From NCBI GenBank assembly GCA_910586345.1, contig CAJUHC010000001.1:38164-102163 (forward strand): a DNA stretch of 64,000 nucleotides, written 5' to 3'. Each line of letters opens with the position of its first letter. Position 1 is the stretch's first letter. The position numbers and the translations under genes are program-made. This DNA comes from an uncultured Christensenella sp. (GTDB lineage: Bacteria; Bacillota; Clostridia; Christensenellales; Borkfalkiaceae). This document shows, piece after piece, positions 29,771 through 40,480 of this stretch. The notes below the pieces were generated by a model. It had not been told where the DNA came from. It did not search any database and saw nothing but the letters and a program-made list of their open reading frames with translations.

Positions 29771-32700
29771 CGGTGTTCCTCTTTCTCTTTACTATTGCGG
29801 AAACCGCTATTATAACTGAAACTATTCCGAGCGCGACCGCAGCCGAACCCGCTCCGCCGAGTATCGTTTCGGAAGAACAGCCGTTACAGCCGGTTTTCTC
29901 AGGAGGCTCTTCGTGGTTTGTATCGGTATTTTCCGCTGTTACGACAATCCTAATCTGGAGCAGTTTGTTCTGATACTGAACGCGGACGTAGATATTTTCG
30001 GGAGCAAGAGGTCCGTCGTAACCGGATACAAGTTTAACCTGACTCATATCGGCCGTTTCGGACGAATAATCGTCGTAATTCACGATTATTTTAAGACCGG
30101 TCATATCAAACGTTTCGCCGGCTTTGTACTCGGTTTTGTGCGCGCTGTCTTCCGCAAGCGAAATGGAGCTGATATTTACCTTTATACCGAAATAAGCTTT
30201 TACTGCTTTGAGTTCTTTTTCTATTTCGAAAAGTTTGCTAACGTTGTCAGCGCCGAGATATTCGAGCTGTTTTTCGGATTTTATCGTATTGTAAACAGCG
30301 TGAGCTTCCTTTACTTTTTCGGAGAACGCAGTGACCATTGCAATATTTTCGTCGTTCTTGTTAAGCGACGTCCAGCTCGCAACTTCTTCTGCGGAGGGCA
30401 ATTCCTCGATAACCGTTTTAAGTCCGCGCGTCGTATCGTTCATCAGTTCGCCGAGTAAAACCTTGGTTCCGAAATAATTCGAATAAACGTAATTGTCGTA
30501 ACCAGTCCCATTGGTAGGATAACTTATTTTAAGTTTGGCTTTTTCTCCGCCTCCGCCTATCGCGGACGGAGCGTATTTTGCAAATTCGTCTTCAAAGTTA
30601 ATATAGAGCATTGTATAGCCCGCTTCGAACATCGCGTTGGTTTCGGCGTTGACGTCGGTAAGCAGAACAGGCGCTTCTATGCTTTCGAATACGTAAGAAC
30701 TTATTCCGCTCTTGTAGAACGCTCCGTTGCCTATTGTTTTTAAACTGTAAGGAAGTTTTATTTCGTTTATCGCGCCTTTGACAAGTTCGGTAAACGCATA
30801 CGCGCCAATCGACACGGTTCCCTCTTTCACGCTGTAATTACGGACGCCGTTCGATAATGAAGACAGTTTCGTCATAGGATACGCGCAAAGTTCGTAAGTT
30901 CCTTTATCTTTCGTTCCGCTGATTAAGCGGTAAAGGATACCGTCTTCCGCAAAGAATTCCGTATTGCCCGCGTCGACTTCGAAAGCTTTCAAATTTTTCG
31001 TGTTAGCGAACGCTCCTCCTCCGAAAGACGTAAGTCCCGCCGGTATTTTTACTGAAGAAACGTTTGTGCCGTAGAACGCGAATTCGCCGAGATTTTTAAG
31101 TCCTGTTATATCCGCACTGCCGAGCGCGGTATCTTTGAACGCATAATCCCCGATATCCGTTACTTTGCCGAGTCCGGAAACGTTTGAAAGTTTTGCACTG
31201 TCTTTAAACGCGCCTGCGCCGATTACGGTTACGTTTTTAAGGTCTGCGGTTTCGAGAGATACGCAAGCCTCAAACGCAGAAGCTCCGATTACGGTTACGT
31301 TTTTAATATTTATATTTTTAAGCGAAGAACAACCTGCGAAAACGTATTCAGCAAGAAGAACTCTTCCGTCGCCGTCGGCGGCGAGTTCGGGAAGCGAAAC
31401 GCTTTCAAGCGCGGTACAGTTCATAAACGCGTTCCCGCCGAGATTGAGATAATTATTCTGATTGCGCGTTCCGACGAAACTTATCGACGCAAGTCCTGCA
31501 CAGTTTGCAAACGCGCCCCTGCCTATTTCGGTTACGCCCGAAGGTATAGTTATTTCTCTGAGCGCAGACTGCGCAAACGCGTAAGCCGAAATTTCGGTTA
31601 AACCTTCCGAAATATCGATATATTCTGCGGTCGAACGAGCGAACGCATATTCGCCTATTTTCTTTACGGAAGCTGGAAGAACAAGTATGAAAGAGCTTTC
31701 AAATCTGCTGTCCGCAAAAGCGTAAGGCGCGATTTCGGTTGTACCTTCCCTTACTCCAAAAGACGAAGTAATTTGAGAAGGCGCCTTAACGAGCACGGTT
31801 CCGTTATAATGCGCGCCGAGATAGACGTCGCCGTCATAATCTATCAAAGTATTTTCGAATACCTTTATACCGAATTTTTCAACCGCGGTTAAATCGATAT
31901 TCGAAAGTTTTGTACAGCCTGCGAAAGCAGAATCGCCCAACGAAATAATTCTCTTACCGTTGAAATCGGCTTCTTCGAGCGAAGTACAGCCCGCGAAAGC
32001 GCTTGCGCCTACCGTATAGTCGTCGGCAACTCTTATACCATCGACGGATACTCCGAACGTTACTTTTTTGAGTCCTACACAGCCCGCGAAAGCTTCTTCC
32101 GAAACTACGTGGCTGTTGATAACCGCCTCTTTCAATGCTCCGCAGCCTTTGAATATCGCTTCGCCTATCGAAGAATAATAAGCCGTCTTTACCGAAGCAA
32201 GCGATGAACAATCCATAAATACGCCGTAACCGGAATTGTGCATACCGGTTATGTCCGCGTTTTTCAGGCTCGTACAGCCCGCAAACGCGTAATCGTTCAT
32301 AGTTCCGATATTTTCCATCGCAACTACTTCTTCGAGCGCGGTACAATTCATAAACGCGCGCGAAGCAACGGTTATTGTTTTACAGTTTGTCAAATCGAAT
32401 TTTCTAAGAGAAGTACAGCCCTTGAACGCGTCGCTCAATATGAGAGACAAGTCCGAATTGGCGGGTTCCTGTTTTTCACGGCTTATGAAGTAAACTTCTT
32501 CGAGCGACTTACAGTTTAAGAAAGCTTTTTCGTTAATCTGTCTTACCGTTTCGGGTAATATCAGTACTCTTACGTTGTTATTGTCTTCAAACGCTTTTTC
32601 GCCGATATTGATGATATTCTTATCGTCGGGAATTTCAAGCACTCCGTCCTTTCCGCCTAAGCCGTTGTATTCTATGAGAGTATTGTTCGATACTCTGAAC

Positions 32701-35700
32701 GGGTCCTGAACGCTTAGCGTTACGCTTGCCGTATAGGCAGGCATTTCTTTTCCGTCGCTGTCAATTAAAGTTGCCTCTATACGGGCCGTGCCGCGCTTTT
32801 CAAGCGTCTGAACGTTGCCTTTCTGGTCTACCGTCGCAACTTCCGTGTTGGACGATTTCCATTTTAAATTCAGCGTATAAGGATAATACCAAGGGTCTGT
32901 TTTAATTTCGAGTTTTATATTTTTACCCGCGTTGACGTCGACGGTGCCGAAAGCTTTGACTAAATTTTTATCGCTGTTTTCTATAACTCCGAACGAAATC
33001 GACGGCAATGCGAGCGATACGTCTTTTTTAACGACTTTGACGGTGACCGTACGGCGGACTCCGCTTACGGGATTGGAAACCGTCACGGTGGCGGTTCCTT
33101 CCGACGCGCCGAATATTTCTCCGTTGTTTACTTTAACTACGCGTTGAGGCGCCGCGCTCCAAGTAAAGTTCGAAAGATTTGCGTTTCCTTCGTAATCGAG
33201 AGCGATTTTATAAGTTTCGTTTACTCCTATCGTAACTTCGGTAGGTCCGGCTATCTCGAACGTTTCGGGAAGCTGGGAATTCTTTGAAGACGAGAACGAA
33301 ATCGAATAAACGGAATGATTCAGAGCATAGTCGTCGAGCTGTACATATAATCTGTTCTGATATTTTTCGTAAAAATCCGTTATTTCTATCGATACTGTGG
33401 TCGTACCGTTTTTGTTAGCGTTATATACGGGAGTAATATATTCGGTCGCAAGATAAAGATTAGTACTGTCGACGGTCTCGCCTGCGGAATATTCTATGTC
33501 GGAATAACAAAGCAGCACGGCCTGCGCATAGTGGTTGTCGTAAACGTCGAGGTCGAGATAAACTTTCTGTTTTTCCTTATTGTTCTCTTTGTAATCGTAA
33601 TATCTGATACGCGAACCGACGAGTATCGGAGCTTCGTAGTCGACGTAGAAAGTCATCGAAAACTCGTTTTCTTTTTCAACGGCAAGTCCTTCCTCTTCGG
33701 CATCGAAATAGAAACGGAAATTTATTCTGTATTTGCCGTTGTTGGAGAGTCCGAGCTCTTCGGGACTGAGTTCGAGTTTTACGTTTGCGGGAACCGTACC
33801 GCCTCCGCCCGCATACGCTTTCGAAATTCTGTAAAGGCGGTCTTTCATAATCAGTTCGCCCGTATTTTCGTCGTATACGTCGTATGTGACGAGTTCGGCG
33901 TTTCTTAAAAGTCCCGTATAAAGAGCCTTTATCGCCGTGGTCGTCATATAGTTATTATTCGCGTCTTCGCCGTTATAAACGTTATAGCACGAAATCGCCG
34001 TATGCTCCTCTTCAACGTAAATCTGGTCTGCGTCTTCGTCCTGAAGATAGGTAAATGCTCCGAGAGGCACGGTGTATTCGTTATTATAATAACTAGCGTA
34101 AGCCTGCGTAGCCCATACCTGTTCCTTAGGTCTTGTTTCGTCGGTATACGAAGGGTCTTTCTGGAAATCCGCAATCTCGAACGCGTTATAGTCGAGCATA
34201 GGCGCAGATTTCCAATCGCCGTAGAAACCCATAAACGGGAGCGTCAAATCGCACTGCACACTCTTGTCTTGAGATATGAGCTTTGCAAAACCTTCAACGT
34301 ACATACCGTTTTTAAAGGTATTGTCCAAATATTCTTTTTCTTCCGAAGAAAGCGTGAGTTTAACCTGAATTTTAACGGAAGCGCCGGCGTCGACGCTGAT
34401 TGTATCGCCCTCGTTTATTTTTTTGCCGTCAACCGTCCATTCTGCGGGAATACCGTTGAGATACTTAGCCTTTTCCGCAACAGAGAAACCGTCGGGTGAA
34501 AGCTGTTCCGTCATAAAAATTGTTTCGGCTTTAAAATTAAGTTTGTCTGAGCCGAATTCGTTTTTAACGTAGAACGAAATATTGTATACGCCGTTCTTGG
34601 CAGGGTCGTCGCCGAGTTCGAACTTAGGTCTGCCGTCTTCGACAAAGAAACGGTCTTTATGCACTCCGCCTATCGTATACTCGGTTTCGGATTCAACCGT
34701 ATAGAGATATGCTTTCGTCGAAAATACGTTATCCAGAGTCGCAAGACCCGCGCCCTGCTTTCTCGGAGAACAAGCCAAACCTTCCTGGTCGTAAACCGTA
34801 ATCGCGGTACTCATTATAATCTGGTTTACACGCTGGTTGAGAAGCTGAGCGTTCCAATCGGGGTGTTCTTTTTTGAGTTTACCGCGAAGGAGCGCGGCAA
34901 AACCCGCAAGATTGGGCGTAGCCATAGAAGTGCCGCTCATCTCGTCGTAACCGCCCGAAACAGCGGACGTTATTTCTCCGCCGTGCGCGGTGATTTCGGG
35001 TTTAATTTTTAAGTCGGAAGTCGTGCCCCAGGAAGAATAATCGTTCATAAAGGGACCCGCGTTATAACTTCTGTTAATTTCGATACGGCCCGTAATAAGT
35101 TTACGTCCGTTCTCGTATCTGTTAACCAAAGCGTTTCCCGCGTCGAGCGAAATAGATACAGCAGGAATAGGGTCGTCGAGGTCGCCGAGCGTCATACCTA
35201 TCGTTCCGGCGACGTTGTTGTAAATTATAGCCGCGTCGGCGCCCATATTTCTGGCGATTTCGACTTTGTCTTTAAACGTATTGCCGCCGCGCTTTATTAC
35301 GGCGATGACTTTCTCGCCCTCTTGTTTATTTGCAAGCTCGGCTTTTATAGTAGACGTGTAATCGGCGGTCTGTCCGATATTCGGGACAACCACGTATTTA
35401 AACGTTTCGCTCTGTTTGTAAGTCTGAGTTTTTTCGTCGTAAAGCATCTGCTTATTGAAATCGAATTTAACGGCGTTCGCGTCGCTCGATTCAGTATAAT
35501 AAATTACAGACTGGTCGCCCGTTTGGGGATTGGAAAGCATAAACGGAGAAAGCTGACCGTTGATACTCGCAACGGACAACGCGCCGTTGAACGTCGAAGG
35601 CGAACCGACCGTACCCGAATCGGGGTTGGAAGCAAGGTTCGTACCGAAAGCGCTGCCGTAGCCCGAGCTGAAATCGTTGCTCGCCGCACACATAAGACTT

Positions 35701-36998
35701 ATTCCGGCTTCTTTGATTGTTTCGTAAACTTCAGCAAGGGCTATACCTTCGTCGTCGCCCTCTATATATAAGGACGAGAAACCCGCCGTCGTTCCGAGGC
35801 TCATATTTATTACGTCTACTCCGAGAGTTACGCAGTCTTCGAGCGCGGAAATAATATCCTCGGATTTCGCGCCTCCGAGTTCGGGGTCGTCGAAATTATC
35901 GGTGAAAACCTTGCAAATCACAAGCTGCGCGTTAGGCGCCGCGCCCTTGAACTCTAAGACGTTTCCGAGTTCGTCCTTTGCGATTTCGCCGTTTTTGTCA
36001 GTGTAAGAATCCGCGTCGCCCGCAACGATACCCGCGACGTGAACGCCGTGCTGGGAATATGCAGGATAAACGTCGGTATCCTTGTCCGCATAGTCGTAAG
36101 CGAAAGGCACTTTATCGTTGATGTACAATTCGTCCGCGCTTATGGTTTTGCCTTTGCCCGCAGAAAGTCTTACAGCCGATAAACTTGCGGTGTTGACCGT
36201 ATATTCTACTTCGTTTTTAGTGATACCGAGTTCGCCGACGGGCATTTTCTGGAACGCGTCGTGAGTGTAATCGAGCCCCGTATCGAGCACGGCGACGGTC
36301 ATCCCTTCGCCGTTATATTTGTCGATATAAGCCGACGTATCGTAAATACCTGTCGCATACACGTTGCTCGGATTGGACTGTCCCAAATCGCTTGCGGTTT
36401 TTCCGTCGGACGTCGAGTCGTTAGTATACGTTACGCGTTCTTCGGGATATGCGTACGTTTCGGAGACGCTCGCATACTTAACGTTGGGAATACTTTTGAT
36501 TTTAGAGAGATATTTCGTATTGACTTCAATCGCAACGGCGTTCGTAACGTTCGTATACTGATAAACGGTTTTATAATCAACGCCCATCGAAGAAAGAGTA
36601 TTCAGGAAATTGTTCTGAGACGTTTTTATATTTCTCAGCGCTTTATCTCCCTGATACGAAGACAGATACTGCGCAACGCTCTTGCCTTCGGGCAGACTGT
36701 CGAGAACGTTATCGTCTTCGAGAGTTACTATAACCGTTCTCGTTGTGTGCTCAACCGTTTTCGACGCAACGCTGTCGAGTACGTTAGGCGAAAGGTTCTG
36801 AAGAGCGACTTTCGTAAGGTCAACTTTGCCGGTAACGTCCGTAAAATTTACTGTATCGAGTATTTCCGTATCCGATTTTTTAACGATATCCGCAAAAGCA
36901 AGCGCACCGCTCGCCGCAAGGGAAAAAGTCATAACCCCCGTAAGGCAAATGCTCGCCGCGCGTCTTATTTTCGTTTTTGCCAATGCTTTGAATTTCAT
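29760..36998 (-). CDS. Giant cell-envelope subtilisin-like (S8) serine protease with PA domain, Ig-like domains, a BspA-type LRR region and a C-terminal TM anchor
   Basis: The catalytic triad sits in VAVLDTGLDYTHDAF, SQHGVHVAGIVAG and MSGTSMATPNLAGF. A PA-like insert reads VIAVIKRGGNTFKDKVEIARNMGADAAIIYNN. Big_2-like segments are present. There are many AF.GCTSL-type LRR units. The C-terminal anchor is AVALGIVSVIIAVSAIVKRKRN. I chose the ATG at 36998 (GGAGGA RBS) over the TTG at 37010. Confidence 0.85.
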   Translation of the reverse strand: MKFKALAKTKIRRAASICLTGVMTFSLAASGALAFADIVKKSDTEILDTVNFTDVTGKVDLTKVALQNLSPNVLDSVASKTVEHTTRTVIVTLEDDNVLDSLPEGKSVAQYLSSYQGDKALRNIKTSQNNFLNTLSSMGVDYKTVYQYTNVTNAVAIEVNTKYLSKIKSIPNVKYASVSETYAYPEERVTYTNDSTSDGKTASDLGQSNPSNVYATGIYDTSAYIDKYNGEGMTVAVLDTGLDYTHDAFQKMPVGELGITKNEVEYTVNTASLSAVRLSAGKGKTISADELYINDKVPFAYDYADKDTDVYPAYSQHGVHVAGIVAGDADSYTDKNGEIAKDELGNVLEFKGAAPNAQLVICKVFTDNFDDPELGGAKSEDIISALEDCVTLGVDVINMSLGTTAGFSSLYIEGDDEGIALAEVYETIKEAGISLMCAASNDFSSGYGSAFGTNLASNPDSGTVGSPSTFNGALSVASINGQLSPFMLSNPQTGDQSVIYYTESSDANAVKFDFNKQMLYDEKTQTYKQSETFKYVVVPNIGQTADYTSTIKAELANKQEGEKVIAVIKRGGNTFKDKVEIARNMGADAAIIYNNVAGTIGMTLGDLDDPIPAVSISLDAGNALVNRYENGRKLITGRIEINRSYNAGPFMNDYSSWGTTSDLKIKPEITAHGGEITSAVSGGYDEMSGTSMATPNLAGFAALLRGKLKKEHPDWNAQLLNQRVNQIIMSTAITVYDQEGLACSPRKQGAGLATLDNVFSTKAYLYTVESETEYTIGGVHKDRFFVEDGRPKFELGDDPAKNGVYNISFYVKNEFGSDKLNFKAETIFMTEQLSPDGFSVAEKAKYLNGIPAEWTVDGKKINEGDTISVDAGASVKIQVKLTLSSEEKEYLDNTFKNGMYVEGFAKLISQDKSVQCDLTLPFMGFYGDWKSAPMLDYNAFEIADFQKDPSYTDETRPKEQVWATQAYASYYNNEYTVPLGAFTYLQDEDADQIYVEEEHTAISCYNVYNGEDANNNYMTTTAIKALYTGLLRNAELVTYDVYDENTGELIMKDRLYRISKAYAGGGGTVPANVKLELSPEELGLSNNGKYRINFRFYFDAEEEGLAVEKENEFSMTFYVDYEAPILVGSRIRYYDYKENNKEKQKVYLDLDVYDNHYAQAVLLCYSDIEYSAGETVDSTNLYLATEYITPVYNANKNGTTTVSIEITDFYEKYQNRLYVQLDDYALNHSVYSISFSSSKNSQLPETFEIAGPTEVTIGVNETYKIALDYEGNANLSNFTWSAAPQRVVKVNNGEIFGASEGTATVTVSNPVSGVRRTVTVKVVKKDVSLALPSISFGVIENSDKNLVKAFGTVDVNAGKNIKLEIKTDPWYYPYTLNLKWKSSNTEVATVDQKGNVQTLEKRGTARIEATLIDSDGKEMPAYTASVTLSVQDPFRVSNNTLIEYNGLGGKDGVLEIPDDKNIINIGEKAFEDNNNVRVLILPETVRQINEKAFLNCKSLEEVYFISREKQEPANSDLSLILSDAFKGCTSLRKFDLTNCKTITVASRAFMNCTALEEVVAMENIGTMNDYAFAGCTSLKNADITGMHNSGYGVFMDCSSLASVKTAYYSSIGEAIFKGCGALKEAVINSHVVSEEAFAGCVGLKKVTFGVSVDGIRVADDYTVGASAFAGCTSLEEADFNGKRIISLGDSAFAGCTKLSNIDLTAVEKFGIKVFENTLIDYDGDVYLGAHYNGTVLVKAPSQITSSFGVREGTTEIAPYAFADSRFESSFILVLPASVKKIGEYAFARSTAEYIDISEGLTEISAYAFAQSALREITIPSGVTEIGRGAFANCAGLASISFVGTRNQNNYLNLGGNAFMNCTALESVSLPELAADGDGRVLLAEYVFAGCSSLKNINIKNVTVIGASAFEACVSLETADLKNVTVIGAGAFKDSAKLSNVSGLGKVTDIGDYAFKDTALGSADITGLKNLGEFAFYGTNVSSVKIPAGLTSFGGGAFANTKNLKAFEVDAGNTEFFAEDGILYRLISGTKDKGTYELCAYPMTKLSSLSNGVRNYSVKEGTVSIGAYAFTELVKGAINEIKLPYSLKTIGNGAFYKSGISSYVFESIEAPVLLTDVNAETNAMFEAGYTMLYINFEDEFAKYAPSAIGGGGEKAKLKISYPTNGTGYDNYVYSNYFGTKVLLGELMNDTTRGLKTVIEELPSAEEVASWTSLNKNDENIAMVTAFSEKVKEAHAVYNTIKSEKQLEYLGADNVSKLFEIEKELKAVKAYFGIKVNISSISLAEDSAHKTEYKAGETFDMTGLKIIVNYDDYSSETADMSQVKLVSGYDGPLAPENIYVRVQYQNKLLQIRIVVTAENTDTNHEEPPEKTGCNGCSSETILGGAGSAAVALGIVSVIIAVSAIVKRKRNTDGN
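30690..32690 (-). repeat. In-frame degenerate tandem repeat region of about 2 kb, encoding BspA-type leucine-rich repeats within the protease
   Basis: The recurring DNA motif gtacagcccgcgaaagc (encoding AFAGCT) appears near 31916, 31986, 32079 and 32271, with protein periodicity of about 23 aa. The boundaries are approximate. Confidence 0.6.
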
Positions 36999-37057
36999 TC
37001 TGTCCTCCAAATTTATAACCGCGAAAAGGGCAACGGATTACTTGCCCTTTTTGTATA

Positions 37058-40000
37058 CTAATTTTTTCTGCTGAACGTATATTCGGCGCCGTCGCTGTTT
37101 ACGGTGAGCGTATCGTTATCCCTATCGTATACGAAAGTATAATTCTTTCCTTTATAGGTAAACGAGCCCGTCAGCCAACCGTCGTTAAGAGTGTATTTTA
37201 CGGAATCTTTACCGCCGTTTACGAAAACATTGCCGTCGGTTTCCATACAATCTGCCGAGCCTTCGACGTCGTATCTTCCGAGACCGTCGAATTTTAACGA
37301 AGACAGCGTTTCGTCGCCGCCCGTCCAGGTACCTTTCAAATCGTCGTACAGACAGAAAATCACGTTGTTTATTAAAATTCCCTGAGCGTTGGAATAGAAT
37401 ACGCCCGTAAGCGTTTTATTCGTCTTATCGTAAACGAGAGTTCCCCACTCCGTATAATAGTAGTAAAGTTTAACGGTAACGGTTCCGTCGGCTGCGGTTT
37501 CCGAAGAATAGTCCACTTCCAACTCTTTACCTATAGCGTATTTTACGGAAGCTTTACCGTAGCCGTTTAAGCCTATACCGCGGAACGTGACTTCTATAGG
37601 TTCGTTGCGCACAGGACGTCCTGCGAAACTCCAGGTTCCGACGAAGCTGTTTTCTTTATAGAAAGTTTCGCCGTTTACCGAAAGGAAGTTATCGGAGAAC
37701 GAAACCTCCGTATTTTTACCGTCGAGCGTAAGCGTTTCGCCGTTTAAAGTATAAGTTCCGTTATCGGAAGCGAGAATTACCTCTTTACCCGACGCGTCGT
37801 AATCGTAATATTTATAAGTCCAGTTGCCGGCGCCGTCGAACTCGTATCGTCCGATTGCTCCCGCCGAACTTTCCCAAACGCCCTTGAAGTTATCGTAAAC
37901 CGAAACGCCGATTGCGTTGAACGATGTTATTATACCGTTCTCTACCGTGCAGGGTCTGCTTGCTCCCGAAGTTCCGTATTTAACTTCCACTTCGTAATCT
38001 GAACCGTTTTCCGTTACGGTGAAAGTAAAGTTGGTAATAACGCCGTTATTGAGTTTTTCGAATCCCGTTCCGTCTGCGTTGAACGTATATTCGTTGTTCC
38101 GCGCATCGTAATAAACGCCGTAACGGAATCCGTCGAATTTTTTCAGCGCTAAAAGCGGTGCGCTCTGTTTATATACTTCGTAATCGTAAATCGACATTAC
38201 TCCGCCGTTTACGTTCGCTTTAAAGGTGTAGAAATCGTATTCCTCGTCTACGAGTATGGCAAGGAACGTGTTATACAATATAATATAGTCGCCGTTATAA
38301 ACGTAAGTGGATATAACGTTGAGCGCGCCGTCGCGGTAATACAGGTATCCGTCGTCGGTAAGTTCGATATAGCCTTCTTTACCCTGCAAGTAATAAGTTC
38401 CGGAAACAGAAGAATAATCCGCATAGTCTGCGTAAATAGTTATATCGTCCGTCGGAATATATCCGAAAGGCACCTTTACTGTAAGTTCTTTATCGAAATA
38501 GTAACCGTAAGTGCGGTTTCCCGTTCCGATAAATTCGGGGATTCCGGAAGGCACGGTCTGGTCGAGCGTAGCCGAATAATACGAATACCAGTGACCCATA
38601 GATGCGTAATAGCTGTCTATTTCCCATTCGTGAACAGTATCGTCACCGATTTTAACGGTAACCGTAAAAACTTTCTTCGCACTGTCTTTGTTGATTTGAG
38701 GCAGTCCGTCGCCGTTGAATTTCCAATCGGCTTCGGACCAGCCGAGCGAAGCTTTAATGAAACCGTCGCTTATTGACAAATCGGTACCCTGAGTGAAATA
38801 ACAATCCTTCACGAGTGTGCCGACGGTATAAATAAATTCCGTACCGTCCTTGTCCGAACCCGCTACTATTCCGCCCGTTTCTTCGTACTTGGACTGCGTT
38901 GCGTAAGCCTCTACGGTGCCCGTAAAGAAACAATTCGAAATCGCGCAACCGTATTCCGCGTAAGCGGCTATACCGCCGGCATATGCGTAAGAAAAGAATT
39001 CGTTGCCAGTAATCTCGGGAATCGCGTTATCAGCCTCGATATTGCCCGTAGCGTAACAGTTTTTAATAGAACTGTAAGAGCTTACCTGACCCGCTATTCC
39101 GCCGGCGCGCATTACGCCGTATATATCGCCCGTAGCGAAGCAGTTGAGAATGGAAGCGGTAAGACGTTCTTCCGCAGTATACAGGAATCCCGCAATTCCG
39201 CCCGCGGCGTATATGTTGCCCGAAAGCGCGCTGATTTCAACGTCCGTCGAACAGGACTGCACGGAAGCCGTAAGCCTTTCTTCGTCCGCGTTGAAAGATT
39301 CGATTGCCCCTACGATTCCGCCCGCGAAACTCGTTTCGTCTGAACCCTGTATTTTTATTACGCCCTCTGCGGAGCAGTTCTGGATATTTACGCCCCTTGC
39401 GTAGCCCGCGAACGAACCCGCGAACACGTTGTCTTCCATACCTTCGATAGTGATTACGAAATCTTTAAGATTGAGATTGTAAATTCCTGCGTTGAAAGCA
39501 AAGCCGAAAAGCCCCACGTAAGGCAGTTTGATTTCGCCGAATTCGGACTGCTCTATCAAAGAGTTGGACATCGTATAATTTTTTATGGTATGACCGTTAC
39601 CGTCGAAAATTCCCGCGAATATGGAAAGCTGGGTTAAAGTATTTCCGATTACGTGAAGAGTTTCGCCTTCCATATCTATATCGTTTTCGAGACTGTAATA
39701 AGCGGTCTGATAAAACCCCGAAGTATTCCATTCCGATTCTATAAAGTCGGACATAACGTAGAGGTCTACGGGTTCCCTGATAAGGAACGGTTCGTCTTTC
39801 GTTCCTTTTCCGCCGTCCTTTCTGCCCGCAAATGAATTTGGAGCTAAGTCGGTAGGCAATCCTTCTACCGTTACTTTCGTATCGCCCGCAACGCCGAAGC
39901 TGTAAACGCCGTCGGCGTCGGCGGTTACGACCGAAGTATCGGCCATTACGGTATACTCGACCGATTTACCGTAGTAAACGCTGGTTCTTATCCTGAAACT

Positions 40001-40480
40001 TATTTTTTCTCCCGAAGCGACTTCAGCCGTTTCGAGCTTGTTTCCTTCCGTATCGAGATATTCGAAGAAGTCGTTGACGTAAGTGTACTCGTTGCCGTCT
40101 TCGTCCTTTTCCTTATATTCTTTACTGAATTCGACCGTATAGACATTCGAAAAGTAAACTCCCGTTATCTCCACGGTCGTATCGCCTTTCATTTTAAATT
40201 TATAAACGCCGTCCCCGCCGGGAAGAAGCTGTCCGCCGTTTACGTTAACGATAGGCGCGCCCTCGGCGCCCTCGGCAATTATAAGCTTAAAACTGATTTC
40301 CGTTCCGTTAACGACGGACGCTCCGTTTTTGGCTTCTCCTTCGACGGTAACGCACTCGTCGTGTATATAAGTTAACGTATAGCGTTCCTTATCCGTCTGG
40401 CAAGCAACCGCCGTCGCAATGCACGCAAAACAAATAATCGCAAGAACAGCTATTAAAATTTTCTTTAACGATTTTTCCAT
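37058..40480 (-). CDS. Large surface lipoprotein with GLUG-motif-like repeats
   Basis: Trimmed to the ATG at 40480 (AAGGTG RBS). Begins MEKSLKKILIAVLAIICFACIATAVAC (lipobox). GGI(A/V)G motifs recur: AGGIVGAIES, AAGGIAGFLY, RAGGIAGQVS, YAGGIAAYAE. Confidence 0.6.
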   Translation of the reverse strand: MEKSLKKILIAVLAIICFACIATAVACQTDKERYTLTYIHDECVTVEGEAKNGASVVNGTEISFKLIIAEGAEGAPIVNVNGGQLLPGGDGVYKFKMKGDTTVEITGVYFSNVYTVEFSKEYKEKDEDGNEYTYVNDFFEYLDTEGNKLETAEVASGEKISFRIRTSVYYGKSVEYTVMADTSVVTADADGVYSFGVAGDTKVTVEGLPTDLAPNSFAGRKDGGKGTKDEPFLIREPVDLYVMSDFIESEWNTSGFYQTAYYSLENDIDMEGETLHVIGNTLTQLSIFAGIFDGNGHTIKNYTMSNSLIEQSEFGEIKLPYVGLFGFAFNAGIYNLNLKDFVITIEGMEDNVFAGSFAGYARGVNIQNCSAEGVIKIQGSDETSFAGGIVGAIESFNADEERLTASVQSCSTDVEISALSGNIYAAGGIAGFLYTAEERLTASILNCFATGDIYGVMRAGGIAGQVSSYSSIKNCYATGNIEADNAIPEITGNEFFSYAYAGGIAAYAEYGCAISNCFFTGTVEAYATQSKYEETGGIVAGSDKDGTEFIYTVGTLVKDCYFTQGTDLSISDGFIKASLGWSEADWKFNGDGLPQINKDSAKKVFTVTVKIGDDTVHEWEIDSYYASMGHWYSYYSATLDQTVPSGIPEFIGTGNRTYGYYFDKELTVKVPFGYIPTDDITIYADYADYSSVSGTYYLQGKEGYIELTDDGYLYYRDGALNVISTYVYNGDYIILYNTFLAILVDEEYDFYTFKANVNGGVMSIYDYEVYKQSAPLLALKKFDGFRYGVYYDARNNEYTFNADGTGFEKLNNGVITNFTFTVTENGSDYEVEVKYGTSGASRPCTVENGIITSFNAIGVSVYDNFKGVWESSAGAIGRYEFDGAGNWTYKYYDYDASGKEVILASDNGTYTLNGETLTLDGKNTEVSFSDNFLSVNGETFYKENSFVGTWSFAGRPVRNEPIEVTFRGIGLNGYGKASVKYAIGKELEVDYSSETAADGTVTVKLYYYYTEWGTLVYDKTNKTLTGVFYSNAQGILINNVIFCLYDDLKGTWTGGDETLSSLKFDGLGRYDVEGSADCMETDGNVFVNGGKDSVKYTLNDGWLTGSFTYKGKNYTFVYDRDNDTLTVNSDGAEYTFSRKN

